Part shown: positions 36,801 through 47,283 of the stretch, in pieces | Layout of the letters: each line of letters opens with the position of its first letter | Numbering within the stretch: the stretch's first letter is position 1 | Position numbers and translations under genes: made by a program | Assembly (NCBI GenBank): GCA_965202585.1 | Contig: OZ241834.1 | Span: forward strand, 27,094,001 to 27,158,000 | DNA length: 64,000 nt | Source: Thalia democratica | Taxonomy: Eukaryota | Reading direction: 5' to 3' | The notes under the pieces: model-generated | Told to the model about the DNA's origin: nothing | The model's database searches: none | What the model saw: only the letters and a program-made list of their open reading frames with translations

Positions 36801-36810
36801 GAACAGTCAT
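9759..36810 (-). CDS. CDC27: Cell division cycle 27 / APC3 (anaphase-promoting complex TPR subunit), 19 coding exons, 2379 nt, 792 aa
   Basis: Exons assembled with consistent phases from MTVLHENMR/EQAWNFVHDKLYADAFFIAEIL (N-terminal TPR) through a Ser/Pro-rich linker with RRSKR and ENSK to the C-terminal TPRs (LEGMAVYSSCLWQL, WCVIGNCFSLQRE, YAYTLLGHEY, ALDLDPSG). First exons of 27 and 76 nt resemble the remembered vertebrate CDC27 structure. Confidence 0.93.
10328..10536 (-). CDS. CDC27: CDC27 exon 18
   Basis: tcaacag|CG ... AAG|gtgagt; EPKNALCKFTKSTILYALNNFEGALNELKQL...VHFLLGK. Confidence 0.95.
10510..10910 (-). repeat. Three-copy tandem array containing the CDC27 exon 18 acceptor junction
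   Basis: Anchors at 10536 (live), 10718, 10903; intronic parts also align. Confidence 0.9.
11651..12019. mobile_element. hAT-like MITE (TIR CAGGGTTGCCACT)
   Basis: Perfect 13-bp TIRs, subterminal TTCCAGGTT motifs; only TATAAA is shared by the flanks, so no clean 8-bp TSD. Confidence 0.75.
15269..15381 (-). CDS. CDC27: CDC27 exon 17
   Basis: ccgtag|G TAC GGA ATG ... G|gtttgt; YGMSVIHTKSEDFSKAEQFLDKALDI. Confidence 0.92.
15835..16283 (-). repeat. Three-copy tandem array containing the CDC27 exon 16 donor plus a MITE end
   Basis: Anchors at 16265 (live), 16069, 15879. Confidence 0.85.
16265..16473 (-). CDS. CDC27: CDC27 exon 16
   Basis: aaacag|ACG ... TG|gtgagg; TWCVIGNCFSLQRE...YAYTLLGHEY...NYKAW. 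Confidence 0.95.
17026..17178 (-). CDS. CDC27: CDC27 exon 15
   Basis: aaacag|TCG ... GAG|gtatta; SKKHFEELRSKHPYHLEGMAVYSSCLWQL. Confidence 0.93.
19331..19621 (+). repeat. Recent tandem duplication (154 + 137 bp)
   Basis: 19331-19484 and 19485-19621 appear identical except for a 17-bp indel. Confidence 0.9.
20285..20457 (-). CDS. CDC27: CDC27 exon 14
   Basis: tttacag|AC ... AAG|gtgaga; DSMMLIMRQIAHATRAMSRFECKK...ATAYFEINSFAK. Confidence 0.93.
21138..21203 (-). CDS. CDC27: CDC27 exon 13
   Basis: tttttcag|TC ... G|gtgagt; VDTDLDSKSSTESGTSCKKPCL. Confidence 0.78.
   Translation of the reverse strand, partial: SILTSTRNQALNPEPLAKNLV
21889..22225. mobile_element. hAT-like MITE, same TIR family, different interior
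   Basis: agggttgccact ... agtggcaaccctg. Confidence 0.65.
22728..22800 (-). CDS. CDC27: CDC27 exon 12
   Basis: tttatag|GAA ... G|gttagt; ENSKNSRSKNP (cf. KENSKK). Confidence 0.8.
23623..23772 (-). CDS. CDC27: CDC27 exon 11
   Basis: tcacag|AAC ... AAA|gtttgt; includes DLRRSKRI (cf. LPRRSSRL). Confidence 0.85.
24158..24311 (-). CDS. CDC27: CDC27 exon 10
   Basis: atccag|C ... AAA|gttcgt; ISGVSPLPQTP...TPEVHVTPE (SP/TP sites). Confidence 0.82.
24425..24835. mobile_element. hAT-like MITE (decayed TIRs)
   Basis: caaggtggccaaa ... ttaggcaccctg with arrays of TTCCAGGTT; right end also resembles 15900-16025 and 16086-16220. Confidence 0.6.
28240..29000 (-). repeat. Five-copy tandem array containing the CDC27 exon 9 donor junction
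   Basis: Junction anchors at 28964 (live), 28775, 28596, 28423, 28253. Confidence 0.85.
28964..29115 (-). CDS. CDC27: CDC27 exon 9
   Basis: aaacag|AAG ... AA|gtttgt; GC-rich, open, Ser-rich linker sequence. Confidence 0.8.
29378..29450. mobile_element. Possible piggyBac-like mini-relic
   Basis: TTAA|CCCagtgccgtaggac with imperfect inverted gtccgtcggcac about 45 bp later; right TTAA absent. Confidence 0.3.
30261..30352. other. Intronic inverted repeat (21-bp arms, 50-nt spacer)
   Basis: aaatgttttattcactaccag / ctggcagtgaataaaacattt, 20 of 21 complementary. Confidence 0.8.
30602..30645 (-). CDS. CDC27: CDC27 exon 8 (44 nt)
   Basis: ttttgcag|AT ... AAG|gtaagt; DTSSLMSESKFKIFK; bridges phase 1 to phase 0. 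Confidence 0.7.
31498..31558 (-). CDS. CDC27: CDC27 exon 7
   Basis: ttttag|TCT ... G|gtttgt; SSRTRESYGHHTPSLSFSKL. Confidence 0.7.
32439..32560 (-). CDS. CDC27: CDC27 exon 6
   Basis: ccacag|TG ... AAT|gtcggt. The phase-0 donor at 32439 is preferred over one at 32435 because it keeps the next two exons in frame and the echo copy at 32354 has GT at the same position. Confidence 0.75.
33134..33214 (-). CDS. CDC27: CDC27 exon 5
   Basis: atttcag|CT ... A|gtaagt; SPRNHKPNPEDFYNN (cf. KPDPDQTF); symmetric phase 1/1. Confidence 0.8.
34530..34550. repeat. (TA)n microsatellite; another at about 40176-40198
   Basis: Direct reading. Confidence 0.9.
35333..35565 (-). CDS. CDC27: CDC27 exon 4
   Basis: ccacag|A ... 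T|gtgagt; YSEAEKTL...ALHLNPLLLSAYNTLCQI. Confidence 0.92.
35836..35986 (-). CDS. CDC27: CDC27 exon 3
   Basis: cttcag|AT ... AA|gtgagt; DPSEETHFLILSVYFHQNK...LLYARSCIKLN. Confidence 0.9.
36317..36392 (-). CDS. CDC27: CDC27 exon 2
   Basis: tttaaag|GAG ... GAG G|gtaagt; EQAWNFVHDKLYADAFFIAEILHKE. Confidence 0.9.
36784..36810 (-). CDS. CDC27: CDC27 exon 1 (MTVLHENMR)
   Basis: ATG ACT GTT CTA CAT GAG AAC ATG AGG|gtatgt; resembles human MTVLQEPVQ; phase 0. Confidence 0.85.
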
Positions 36811-37000
36811 TCTGAATATTTGCTTACAAGTGCTTTTCTACTAATGTTAGTTTGTTTATTTACAGAGCGATTTCTACAAAATGAATATTTTAAATTAGAA
36901 AGTTACAACAACTGTAAAACATAAGGTTCTGGGTAAACTTATTTAATTTGTATTAAAATAAATGCTCTTAGAAATATCCAACTACTGTATATAAACTTAA

Positions 37001-37710
37001 GGCCATAGGGGGGGGTAGAAGCCATTTTTTGACCAAAAATAACATATAGACTTATATTATAGTAAATTTCATAATCTTTCAGATGCTTTTTTTAGATATT
37101 AAAAATATTAAGTAACTTTTTTTTTATGACCGGTTATATAAAGGGTTGTCTTTATAAAGGGTATATAAAGGGTAATTTTAAAGCCGTTTTTCTCGAGTTT
37201 TTAAAAACGGGCTTTAAAATCTATCTTCTCCTTCATTTTTTAAGCAATCTTCTTCAAATTTTCAGGAAATGTTCCTTACATTATGAGAAAAAAACGTTAT
37301 TTGTGAATTTTAATAATTTTAAAAAATAAAAATTTTATGACAAAAAAAAAAAAAAAGGGATTTTTTATCAAAAAAAATTTTTTTATTTCAAAAAAAAGAT
37401 ATTTTTACTTAAAATTTTCGAAGTCACAAATAACGTTTTTTTGTTATTGTATAAAGAATAGACTGTGAAAGTTTGAAGAAGATTGCTTAAAAAATGAAGG
37501 AGGAGATAGATTTTGAATGCATTAGTCTTTTTTTGCCGTTTTAGTTTTTCCTTCCCCATAAGGAACCTGTTATGTGGCCCGACTTTGGCCGGTCATATCT
37601 CAAAAACTAACTCGAATTTTTAAAAACGGTAAAAAGCAACTTGAAGCTTAGTAAAAACTCTATAAAATAAGATCAACTTGTAAAAAACATGGCCTACCCC
37701 CCCTATGGCC
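37001..37710. mobile_element. TTAA-flanked non-autonomous DNA transposon (Kolobok-like)
   Basis: TTAA|GGCCATAGGGGGGGGTAG ... CTACCCCCCCTATGGCC|TTAA; internal inverted arms (about 37205-37330 vs 37400-37520). Confidence 0.8.
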
Positions 37711-39587
37711 TTAAATGGTTTTTATTAATTGTTACTACTTGTCTTTTCTCCTAGTTTTCAAACTTTGAAATAAAACAAATGTTCTGCTTTAAATTAGATC
37801 TTTTACATGCACAGGTTAACTAAACTTATACTACATTAATCGAAGAGTAATTTACAAAGCAACATGTGTTGAAACTTATACTACTAACATTTTATTTATT
37901 TAGTTTAGACTTAAGCTTTCAAATTTTTGTAAACAAGTTAAAAATATTATTAAATTATTTACCTTATGGTATTTACTAAAAGTTATTTAAACTTAAAATG
38001 TTATGTTTCTTAATATATTCATATATATAACTTATGTAAACTATTTTATTTACTATTTTTTTAATTTAAAAGGTTTTAAATAAAATTTACTTTGTATTTT
38101 GGAGACACTTATTTATTATTAAAAAACATTATACCCAGCTGATAGTAAATTATTTTTAAAAGTAAAATATAATTAAGATGTATACTGTTTAATTATTTTA
38201 CAAAAATAACTCTGCTGAACTTTGTAAAAAAAAATGCAACAATCAATCAAAATTCATCACTGTGCAAAATTTTATTGGAAAAATATAGAAAAACATATAA
38301 AAGTTTCCTTTTTACAGGTAAAGACTTTAGTAAAAAGATTAAAGACAAGACAAGTATTATTAAAATATGAAGTGTATGTTAAAACCTAACAGGAAAAATA
38401 TAAATAATTGTTAAAATTAAAAAAAATTAATAATAAACTTAAATTATGAAAAAAAAAAAAGTTTACTGAACACAAAACGAAAATGCACAAAAAAAAGTTA
38501 CTCAAGAAATTAAACTAAATGCAACTAAGTAAAAAAATTACATGAGTAAAACAATACTAACTTAAAACTAAACCAAGATTAGAAACTCAATCACAAACTA
38601 AATTTGTATAAAATTTTAAACAAAATTTAGTACAACCAAGAAACTAAAATATCAATATAAGATTATATTAAGGTTAATACAGGAATAAATAAAAATTAAA
38701 ACGTAAAACTAGATAAATTATAACAAATTTTTTTTTTTCAATATAACTAGTTTTAAAACTTTTATTTTTTTATAATTGCGTAACTTTGATTATAACTCGT
38801 TAGCAAAAATAAATTAGTAATGCTGAAAAAACTATGATAAACTTTTTATAAGATTTTACATAATTAGATGAGTATGTGAAACTATAAATCATACACAAGA
38901 TAATTTTTAAAAACCATTTTAAGAGCAGCTAGATGACATTTTAGATGTTTTGAGTATAAATACTAAAACATAAGCTTTGTACAAGTTGGATATAAAGAGC
39001 TTTTAATTTACTGATTTACTATTTTTTCTGTTTATGTAGACATTGATCTTGTTTTTAATAAGTTTTACCTAAAACAAAGAACTTATAGCTACCTGCTTAC
39101 TGTACTTACTGCGTTTTTTTTACATCAAAACAATTTACTAAAACAAATCAATTTACAACATACTGCTAATTTTGTGCAAATTAGAAGTTAATAAAAGATC
39201 TTAAAAACTATATTTTTTAATTTGTAATTACAAAAAGTTCAAAAGTAAAAAAAAAAAATTAATATTTTAATAAATATAATTGCTTGTTAGTGCTTTACTA
39301 GATCACCTTTTATCTAGTTTTCTTGTAACTAAAAAATAATACTTTTACAAGTTTATAAAAATAGTTTAAAATATTTAACTACTAATGAGCACTTACTAGG
39401 AAACCTTTTGCTTATTTTGTTCTTAATTTATATACCTTGCTATAAAAGTTGTAAATTTTAAATTTTTAAAAAGTGGGTCTGTAGAGTTGTAGACAATACA
39501 AATTTCAAAATTTTGTCAGCAGTTTGCTTATGCAAATAAGCTAAGGTTTGGCAAAAAATACAGCCATGAGTCAGACGAGTTATTTAA

Positions 39588-39980
39588 GGGCATAGAATGG
39601 GTTAACACCTTTTTTGAAATTTGATATTATTTTATATATTTTTTACCAAGCTACAAAATTCTTTTTACAGATTATAAAAATTCAAAATAAATTTTGAGAT
39701 ATAGCCGGTCAAATTTGGAGCCAACAATAAGATTTTTATAAGAGGCACAAACTAAAACAGCAAAAATAGACTTTTTCTTTAAAAATCTATCTCCTCCTAC
39801 GTTTTTTGAGATAACTACCTCAAACTTTCAGGAAATGTTTCATGATTTATTTAGAAGATTCTGTAAGAATGAATTTTTAAAAAAATTAAAAAATAAAAGT
39901 TTTGTAACAAAAAACACAAAAAAAAAACTGTCAAAAAAAAAGATCAAATTTCAAAAAAAGGTGTTTACACCCCTATGCCC
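39588..39980. mobile_element. TTAA-flanked non-autonomous DNA transposon (Kolobok-like)
   Basis: TTAA|GGGCATAG..AACACCTTTTTTTGAAATTTGAT with a ~38-bp imperfect TIR ending CCCTATGCCC|TTAA; interior related to 41473 and 56881. Confidence 0.8.
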
Positions 39981-41472
39981 TTAAAAACATGAAAATGTTT
40001 AAACTAGCCTAGTTAGTCTGATTATCCAAAAAAAAGCACAGTAAAACTTAGTTTGATTGAATTTAGTAATTAAAAAAGCAAACGTAATTAATTAAGAGGT
40101 AGCAAAAAGTTTAAAATTATATATATTTAAGTTTAGCAACACATAAAATAAACTTTTGCATGTGACAGTTGATTAATATATATATATATATATATATAAC
40201 AAGTTTTAAAAAAAAATTGTTATTTCAATATAACAATTAGTAAAACATACAATATTAAAGACTTTTTAAATTGCTTGTTTTTTGTATTTTTTGAAAATTC
40301 TAAAATTGGTAACCAAACAAGAGAGATTTGTGAGAGATAACTGTAAAATCTAATATATAGTTTTCAAATGCAGCTCTTTTGTAGTCATACTCTAAAGTAC
40401 ATATGTTATACTGCTAAATGTAAAAACTTTTTTTTTAATTATAATTCTAAAAAGTCACCTTTTTAAAGTTTTATTATGTTGTTTTAGTTATAATATCAAA
40501 ATTATATAAATACTTATAAGTTACTTCTTTATTTATGTTTAACTGAAAATTTTAAAAGAATCTAAAAAATATAACTTTTAGTTGCTATGTAAAGCTATTA
40601 CTTGTAATTGAAAGAAAATTGTTGGACTGTAATTAAAACACAGGTTTTCGTTTTAAATAATATACATTTCTTACTGGAGGCTAGTTATGTTGAAAAACCT
40701 TTTTATTTCAAAGCTGCTGTACAAAAACAATAAAAACTAGTACATGTATGTACTATTGAAGACTGTTGTGCTACTTTTAATCAGGTAATTCATTCAGTAA
40801 ATGTACCACCATAAAAAACAATTAAGATTTTACATTTGCATTTTTTATATATTAACTTTAAAACTAAAATAGTAGAAATATGAGTTTTTATAAAATATAT
40901 ACAAGCTTTTACAACTGTATATGCAGTAACTTTGAAAACAATAAGCTTCTTAACTAAAAAAATTGATAAGACATCACAATTACTGGATGGATCAACATGA
41001 AATGTAAAACAGTTGAATATAAGTGCAGGTCTTCAAGAGTCTATTATTAATTTTTTAACTATATGTGCAATAACTATGAAAAAAACAAGGTTCTTATTCA
41101 GCTATGTACTCTAACTGTTTTCCTATAAGAAGTGTACACTAAGATGTCATAATTTTGAAAGTTATTCTGTAGTTTACTTCTGAAATTTGCAAAAGAAGAC
41201 AGCCATGTCCTAATGACACAAAAACTGAAAAGTTGTAGGTTGTAAGATAATAACCCAGACCTGATACATACAGGATGGCCACTGGTTTCTAGTAATTTCT
41301 TCTAATTTTTTCTTTTTTTATTAAATGTTTTTTTTGTACCTTTTACAAGAAAATTAAGTTTAAGTAGTTTAAAACTACTGAAATGATACTGTGATGCTTT
41401 AAAACAATTATCAGTCTGTTTTGTTTTTATTGTAGCTTTTAGATCTGCACATGATGCAACTTACTTGATTAA

Positions 41473-42005
41473 GAGGATAGGGGGGTTAAAACACTTTTTT
41501 TTCAATTTGATCTTATTTTATAAAGTCTTTACTAAGTTACAAGATGATTTTTACAGATTTTTAAAATTCAAAATTATTTTTGAGATATAGCCTGTCAAAG
41601 TCAGAGGCAACAATAGGTTCCTTATGAGAGGCACAAACTAAAACAACAAAAATAGACTATTTCACTAAAAATCTACCTTCTACATTTTTCAAGATAGATC
41701 CCCCAAAATTTTAGGAAGTGTTCCTTGATCTATTTAGAAAATTCTGTAGGAAAAATTTAAAAAAAAATAAAAAACAAAAATTTTATATATTAAATAAACA
41801 TAAAAAAAACTTTTTATTTTGTTTTTTTGTTATAAAATATTTATTTTTTTAATTTTGTTCTAACAGAATTTTCTACACTGCAAGGAACATTTCCTGAAAA
41901 TTTGAGGTAGTTATCTCAAAAACGTAGAAGAAGATAGATTTTTAGTGATTTCTAGCTATTATCCGTTTTAGTTTGCACCTTCCATAAGGAATCTATTGTT
42001 GACCC
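41473..42005. mobile_element. Truncated TTAA-family element with ~190-bp internal inverted arms
   Basis: TTAA|GAGGATAGGGGGGTTAAAACAC start; about 41605-41760 is the imperfect reverse complement of about 41850-42005; right TIR not found. Confidence 0.65.
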
Positions 42006-42006
42006 T

Positions 42007-42100
42007 CAAAATATTTGGTCCTAGGTCCTGGTGCACAAAGAACCTTTTGGTTATTGAGTCGCACACCATGGATACCTTTTAATGTCATGTCCAGGACAAG
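42007..42100 (+). repeat. ~110-bp dispersed repeat, copy 3
   Basis: caaaatatttggtcctaggtcctggtgcacaaagaaccttttggttattgagtcgc...gtcatgtccaggac. Confidence 0.75.
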
Positions 42101-45100
42101 GAGACAACTATTTTAGTAGAAAAAACAATTTTTAACTATTTTTTGTCAAAAAATACCATTTAAAAGGACTCATATTTATAAAACTTAAAAAATTTTAAAT
42201 TACTAAATTTATAGATATAATATTTTTTTAAATTTTCATTTAAATAATTTTGAAGAATTTCAACATACCAATGAAAAATCCAATTTTATAATATAAAATA
42301 TTAATGAGCTTCCATAATCTACAATTTAGAGAACATAAAAGCAAACGTGACATGTATTCAGGACATTTCAAAAAATTTATGTAATTTGAGATATCGTAAG
42401 ACTCTAGTTTTAGATCCCTGTTAGTTTATTTTATTTGATTTTGCATCATAATATTACTGTGTATACTTTTACTTGCTGTAAACAGATTTGAGAATTTAAC
42501 GAATATGGTACAAAAATAGGAAAGATTTAAAACCAGAGATATTTTTATTTCCACTAAAAGTTTGGTGTTTCTTAAAATAGAAAAGTGTTAAAGGTGTTAA
42601 CATCGTCAGGAACAGAATAGTCTAATTCTTTTATAAATAACAAAATTAAAGCTCAGAAAAATATTAACAATAAGTAACAGAACTAAGATCTTTATAACAG
42701 ATGACTTCCAAAAGTAAAAGCCAAGTTAGTATTCCTCCTTGAATTATATTGGTTGATTAAAGAAATTAATAAATAATTGTATATGAAATTGTTTTATCTA
42801 TAAAAACACATTAATTTTATTGCCTAATGTAGCTTTTTCTCATGATATTTTACACTAATTCCCAATATTTACAGTTTTTTCTTAACATAGAATGCAAAAA
42901 ATTATTTTGTTTGTATCTAAGTTTTAGCAAATGCATGTATGTATATATTAAGTTTAAACAGATATACTAAATATTTAACCAATCCTTTTTAAATCAAACA
43001 AAAAAAAAGAATATTTGTATTAACAAACTATGTGCTATCAAACCTGCTTTTAAATGGTGTCTGTTAGCTCTGTTTTAATTAAATATGTAAAAATAAATTA
43101 CTTAATAAAGTTTTTATGTAGTATAGTTAATTAAAAAGAGATCGTGCTTACCTTAACAGTATGAAGTCTTTTTAAAACGTTAAGGTGTTTCCCGTAATAT
43201 TTGCCGAGTCAGCAAAATACATCAGACATTTAGAAATTTGTTTTGAAAAACGTTACCAAGCCAACTTCACAATCGTATTTTTCAGTTATATTTTATAGTA
43301 CAGACTGTAACATTTAGAAACAATAAAATAAGTTAGATAATAAACTGATGTCGTGCGTATAATTTTAAATTTTTATGCTACTTTTGTCGTTTGAATTCAT
43401 TATAACCAAATTTCAATGTCATATTTATAGTAAACTAAGAAATGAATTGTACAAAACCAATTGTTTACACTGTAATTAGCAAGAACTCTGTTATTAGTCG
43501 AAGCTAGTTTCAAAAATTTCAACTAATGAATTTAATTGTTAAGAAATATTAAATTATTAAAAATGGAAGCAATAAGCAACTTTTAGTTTTTCAAACTCAA
43601 CTTTACTAAAAGATTGGAAAAAAGTTACATGAAAAAAACTAAAAAGAATAGTTTTGATTGTTTTCTTAGAAACTACAACAAATTACAGAAAACTTTTTCA
43701 AACCATCTGAGAAAACTTTACTTAAAATTGAAGAATGATTTTATTGCAAACCTTTACGACTGGGTTCTTTCTCAAAATTAGTTCTATGGTGATTTCCATG
43801 CAAAAATGTGCAAAGAACGTTATTTCTATATCTGGTCCTAATAAATAAACACTTAGAAATTCTTTTGAAAGATCATATTGCTTGTTGCTGACCATTTTTA
43901 TTTTGAAATTAGTTTGAATTACTCAAAAAAACTGACTTGCTCCTTAAAGAGTTTGTTATCATTATTAAGCTATTTCGAACTGCCTGTATAAAATAACAAA
44001 GTCACTGAAATAATATTACTTACACAAGAAGGTTGTTTATTACACATAAAAAATAATTAATATCGGATCATCGTTGTCTGTACTATTGTGAAAGTTAAAA
44101 TACTAGGTAAGGTACTATAAACTATGATCAGTTCTAGACTAGCTACCTTGAGTCTGTGCTGACTCAGAAAAACCGAAAAAGACGAACTTATATCATTTAG
44201 AAAAACATTTTAGAACAATAGATACGATTTTAGTAAAAAATGGCAATAAAATAATTTTAGAACTTTAAATAAATTGAAAAAGTTGAGTGGGAATTAATAG
44301 CGTACACATCCATGCACACTAATATGCACACTAATATGATTGCACTGCACACTGGTGTATACAAAATTTATTTGGAGTACACGAAAGTTTTTATCTGACG
44401 AAATTCATTTTAAAGTTGTACAGACTTTCTCGATTTTATGATATAAAACAAGGAAACAAAAATAAAAAGGCTTTCTTTTTGGAAGTTTTGAGTGCACAAA
44501 GCTTCCTGTTTCTAGTTTGGTGTGCACAAATTTTAGTTACTGAGACGTCTACTGTTAAAAACAATAAACACTTGACTAACTTTAAAGTTTTTTATTTTTG
44601 TTTGTTGTAATAAACGTATTAAACCAAACACTAATACAACTTTTTTGTCCTAAAATATCCGCTAAATCATATGGTTTGCATGGTAAAATTAAGTTTCAAT
44701 TTTAATACATTTTTAGTAAGAGAACGATTTAGGCTGATATATAAACACTTTTAATTTATAATCTTTTTTGCAATATAAAATAAAACTTTGGATCAAATTC
44801 AATATTATTTTTTCTTGGTTCTTTTCAGCTGAAAGGCTAATATATTGTTAGTCTTCAAAAAAGCAAGTACTAAATAAAAACGTCTGTTCTGTTGAATTAC
44901 ATTGTACTAAAAAGTATTTTTAACATATATTTTTCATAGTACCTTTAAGTTTAATTTTGTATTAATTGTACTACTTTGTTCTAAATATTATTTTTTTTAA
45001 ATGCCTTTGACATTTGATTTAAATTAATTACTTTCTATTATTTAATGCATCCAATCAACTACCAAAAATATTTTTTCACTATAGTTATAATATCAAAACT

Positions 45101-46104
45101 AAGTAGTAGTGTTAATATCTTTCCCGAAAATAAGGAATGACAGAAAATAATCTTAAAATGTTCCTTCAAATTTTGTTGTAAAATAATCTTGTTTCCAAGA
45201 AACTCATTTTTATACATATAAACTACATTTATTCAAGAGTGCTCAGTGTGTATTGAGTAGTTGATGAGTTTATATCAATATTATAATGTACTGAAATAGT
45301 CAAAGAAATGTATATTTGAATGTTAAACAAAAAAGAAAAAAATTCTTCATAAAAATTAATCTTAAACTTTGTTTTCTTGTTTGTGTTTTAATAATTCAGT
45401 TATTAAAAAAATCCATCACAAACTTTAAACAAACTATAACAACTTTTCTTTAAGTAAAAACAATCTCATTAAGTAAGGTTAGGTACAATTTTTAAGAAGT
45501 GAAAATTGTACAAAGAAGAGAGTAAATCAATCAATTCTATAAAGACAGCTGTTTAGTTTTAAATCGATCAAAATGTTGTATAGTATTTCACTTATAAACA
45601 TTTGTTTTAAAGCTTATAACATGAGTATAACCTAATTGAATCAATAAAAAGTACGGTGTATAAAAATTTGAACCCTTCATCATAGTTATCAAAATTCAAC
45701 AACTAAATGACTTTGATTGCTATTTGATTTCATTTAAGTTATAACGCGTGAGTGATTATGTGGCTACTTGCTGACAGAAATCTGGCAACCATGTCATTTA
45801 ATAAATTAAAAAGAATTTTTTTCATACAGCATATAACTCAGACTTCATAAAAAAGTAGTACAACATACTTAATAAAACAATATCATTTAACTTTAGAATT
45901 TTAAAATATTTTCTATTATTCTAATAATAAACTCATCTGCTTTAAATATTGTATTTAAGCCAGTATACGAATATTTTTATAAAGTATATTAAATATACGA
46001 TTTATTTTAAAATATTCAGACTTTAACTAATTTTAAATTTTTTATTTAATGTAGGCAATTAATGTTAAAATTTTTTAATGTGTAAACAGAGAGTATTTAA
46101 AATG

Positions 46105-46215
46105 TTCTGGACAAGACGTTAAAAGCTACCCATAGTGTGCGACTCGATAACTGAAAGGCTTTTTCGTGCATCAGGTCCTAGGACCAAATATTTTGAGCGT
46201 TTTTTTTCGTTTAAA
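46105..46215 (-). repeat. ~110-bp dispersed repeat, copy 4
   Basis: Reverse-complement copy: ctggacaagacgttaaaa...gcgactcgataac...gtgcatcaggtcctaggaccaaatattttgagcg. Confidence 0.75.
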
Positions 46216-47283
46216 AAAATAATAAACTAAAAACTAATAAAAAACTAGTTTGATGATATAAACAACTTTTAACACTAGTTCTGTTAATTTTAGCAAAATA
46301 TTTTTTAATACTGAATGTCTATAAAATTTTAAGTGAAAAGCTCCAGTGAAATCAATAGTTCAGAAAATGTCCAAAAAATTAGAACACATATGTTTGATTC
46401 ATAAAATTCCAAATTGAAGATTATAAGAATTTTATTTGCAAGTAACTTAGTCAGCATTTTGATTATTAAACTAGTCATGTTTCTTTATTTTAACTACATA
46501 AATGTTGTAAACTTTTGCTCAATAAATTTAGTTTATATTTGTGTTGTTTTTTTATTGTTTTTAAAAAGGTACAATAATAGTTATTTATGTATAGAAACAT
46601 TATTATTTATTGTTTATTATATATATTGGTTTAATTAAATAAAGTTTATAATCATCATATTAGTTATTTAGACCTTAAGTACATTAACATATTTGTACTT
46701 GGATTGATTTTTCTTCAAATTTTTTAAATATGTGCTCAATTTTTGTTTTCCTTTTATGTTAAATGTTTTAGTTAGCTTTACTATTCAGATAGTTTTTTTT
46801 ATTAGTTATACTTTTATGAATGTGTAAATTTACTTACAGTTCAATATAAATTTTGCTCTAGTAACTGGGTTGCAAAAACACCTGGAAACCTAGAAAAAAA
46901 TTTAAATTTAGGAATTTTCCAGTTTAGGCAAAATTAATCTAGAACTTTAGAAATTTTGAAAAAAAACATTAAAAACTTTGAATTTTCAACATAATCCACT
47001 TAAAAACTTTAAAAAACCTTTTATTTAATTAATTTTAACATGTAAAATAATAAAACATATTCTAGATAAAAAATAAATTATTATACAAAATTTTTTTTAT
47101 TAAAGTATTATCATTTTATAGAATAAATTTAAAGAAACACTTTTTTAATACTTTTCTATATTATAAATTTTATCTTATACTAAAATAGACTAAAAACTTA
47201 CTTTTAAAAAATAGAAAAAATTTGAAAATCCTGTAAAAAAATAGTCCAAAACCTCTAGTAGCGTTTCAAACATTTGTTAAACA

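Noticed and set aside
43152-43260. Strong minus-strand donor (AAG|gtaagc) as a possible CDC27 5' UTR exon
   Set aside because: Lies within a duplicated, MITE-containing segment whose other copy lacks the donor; no supporting evidence without transcripts.
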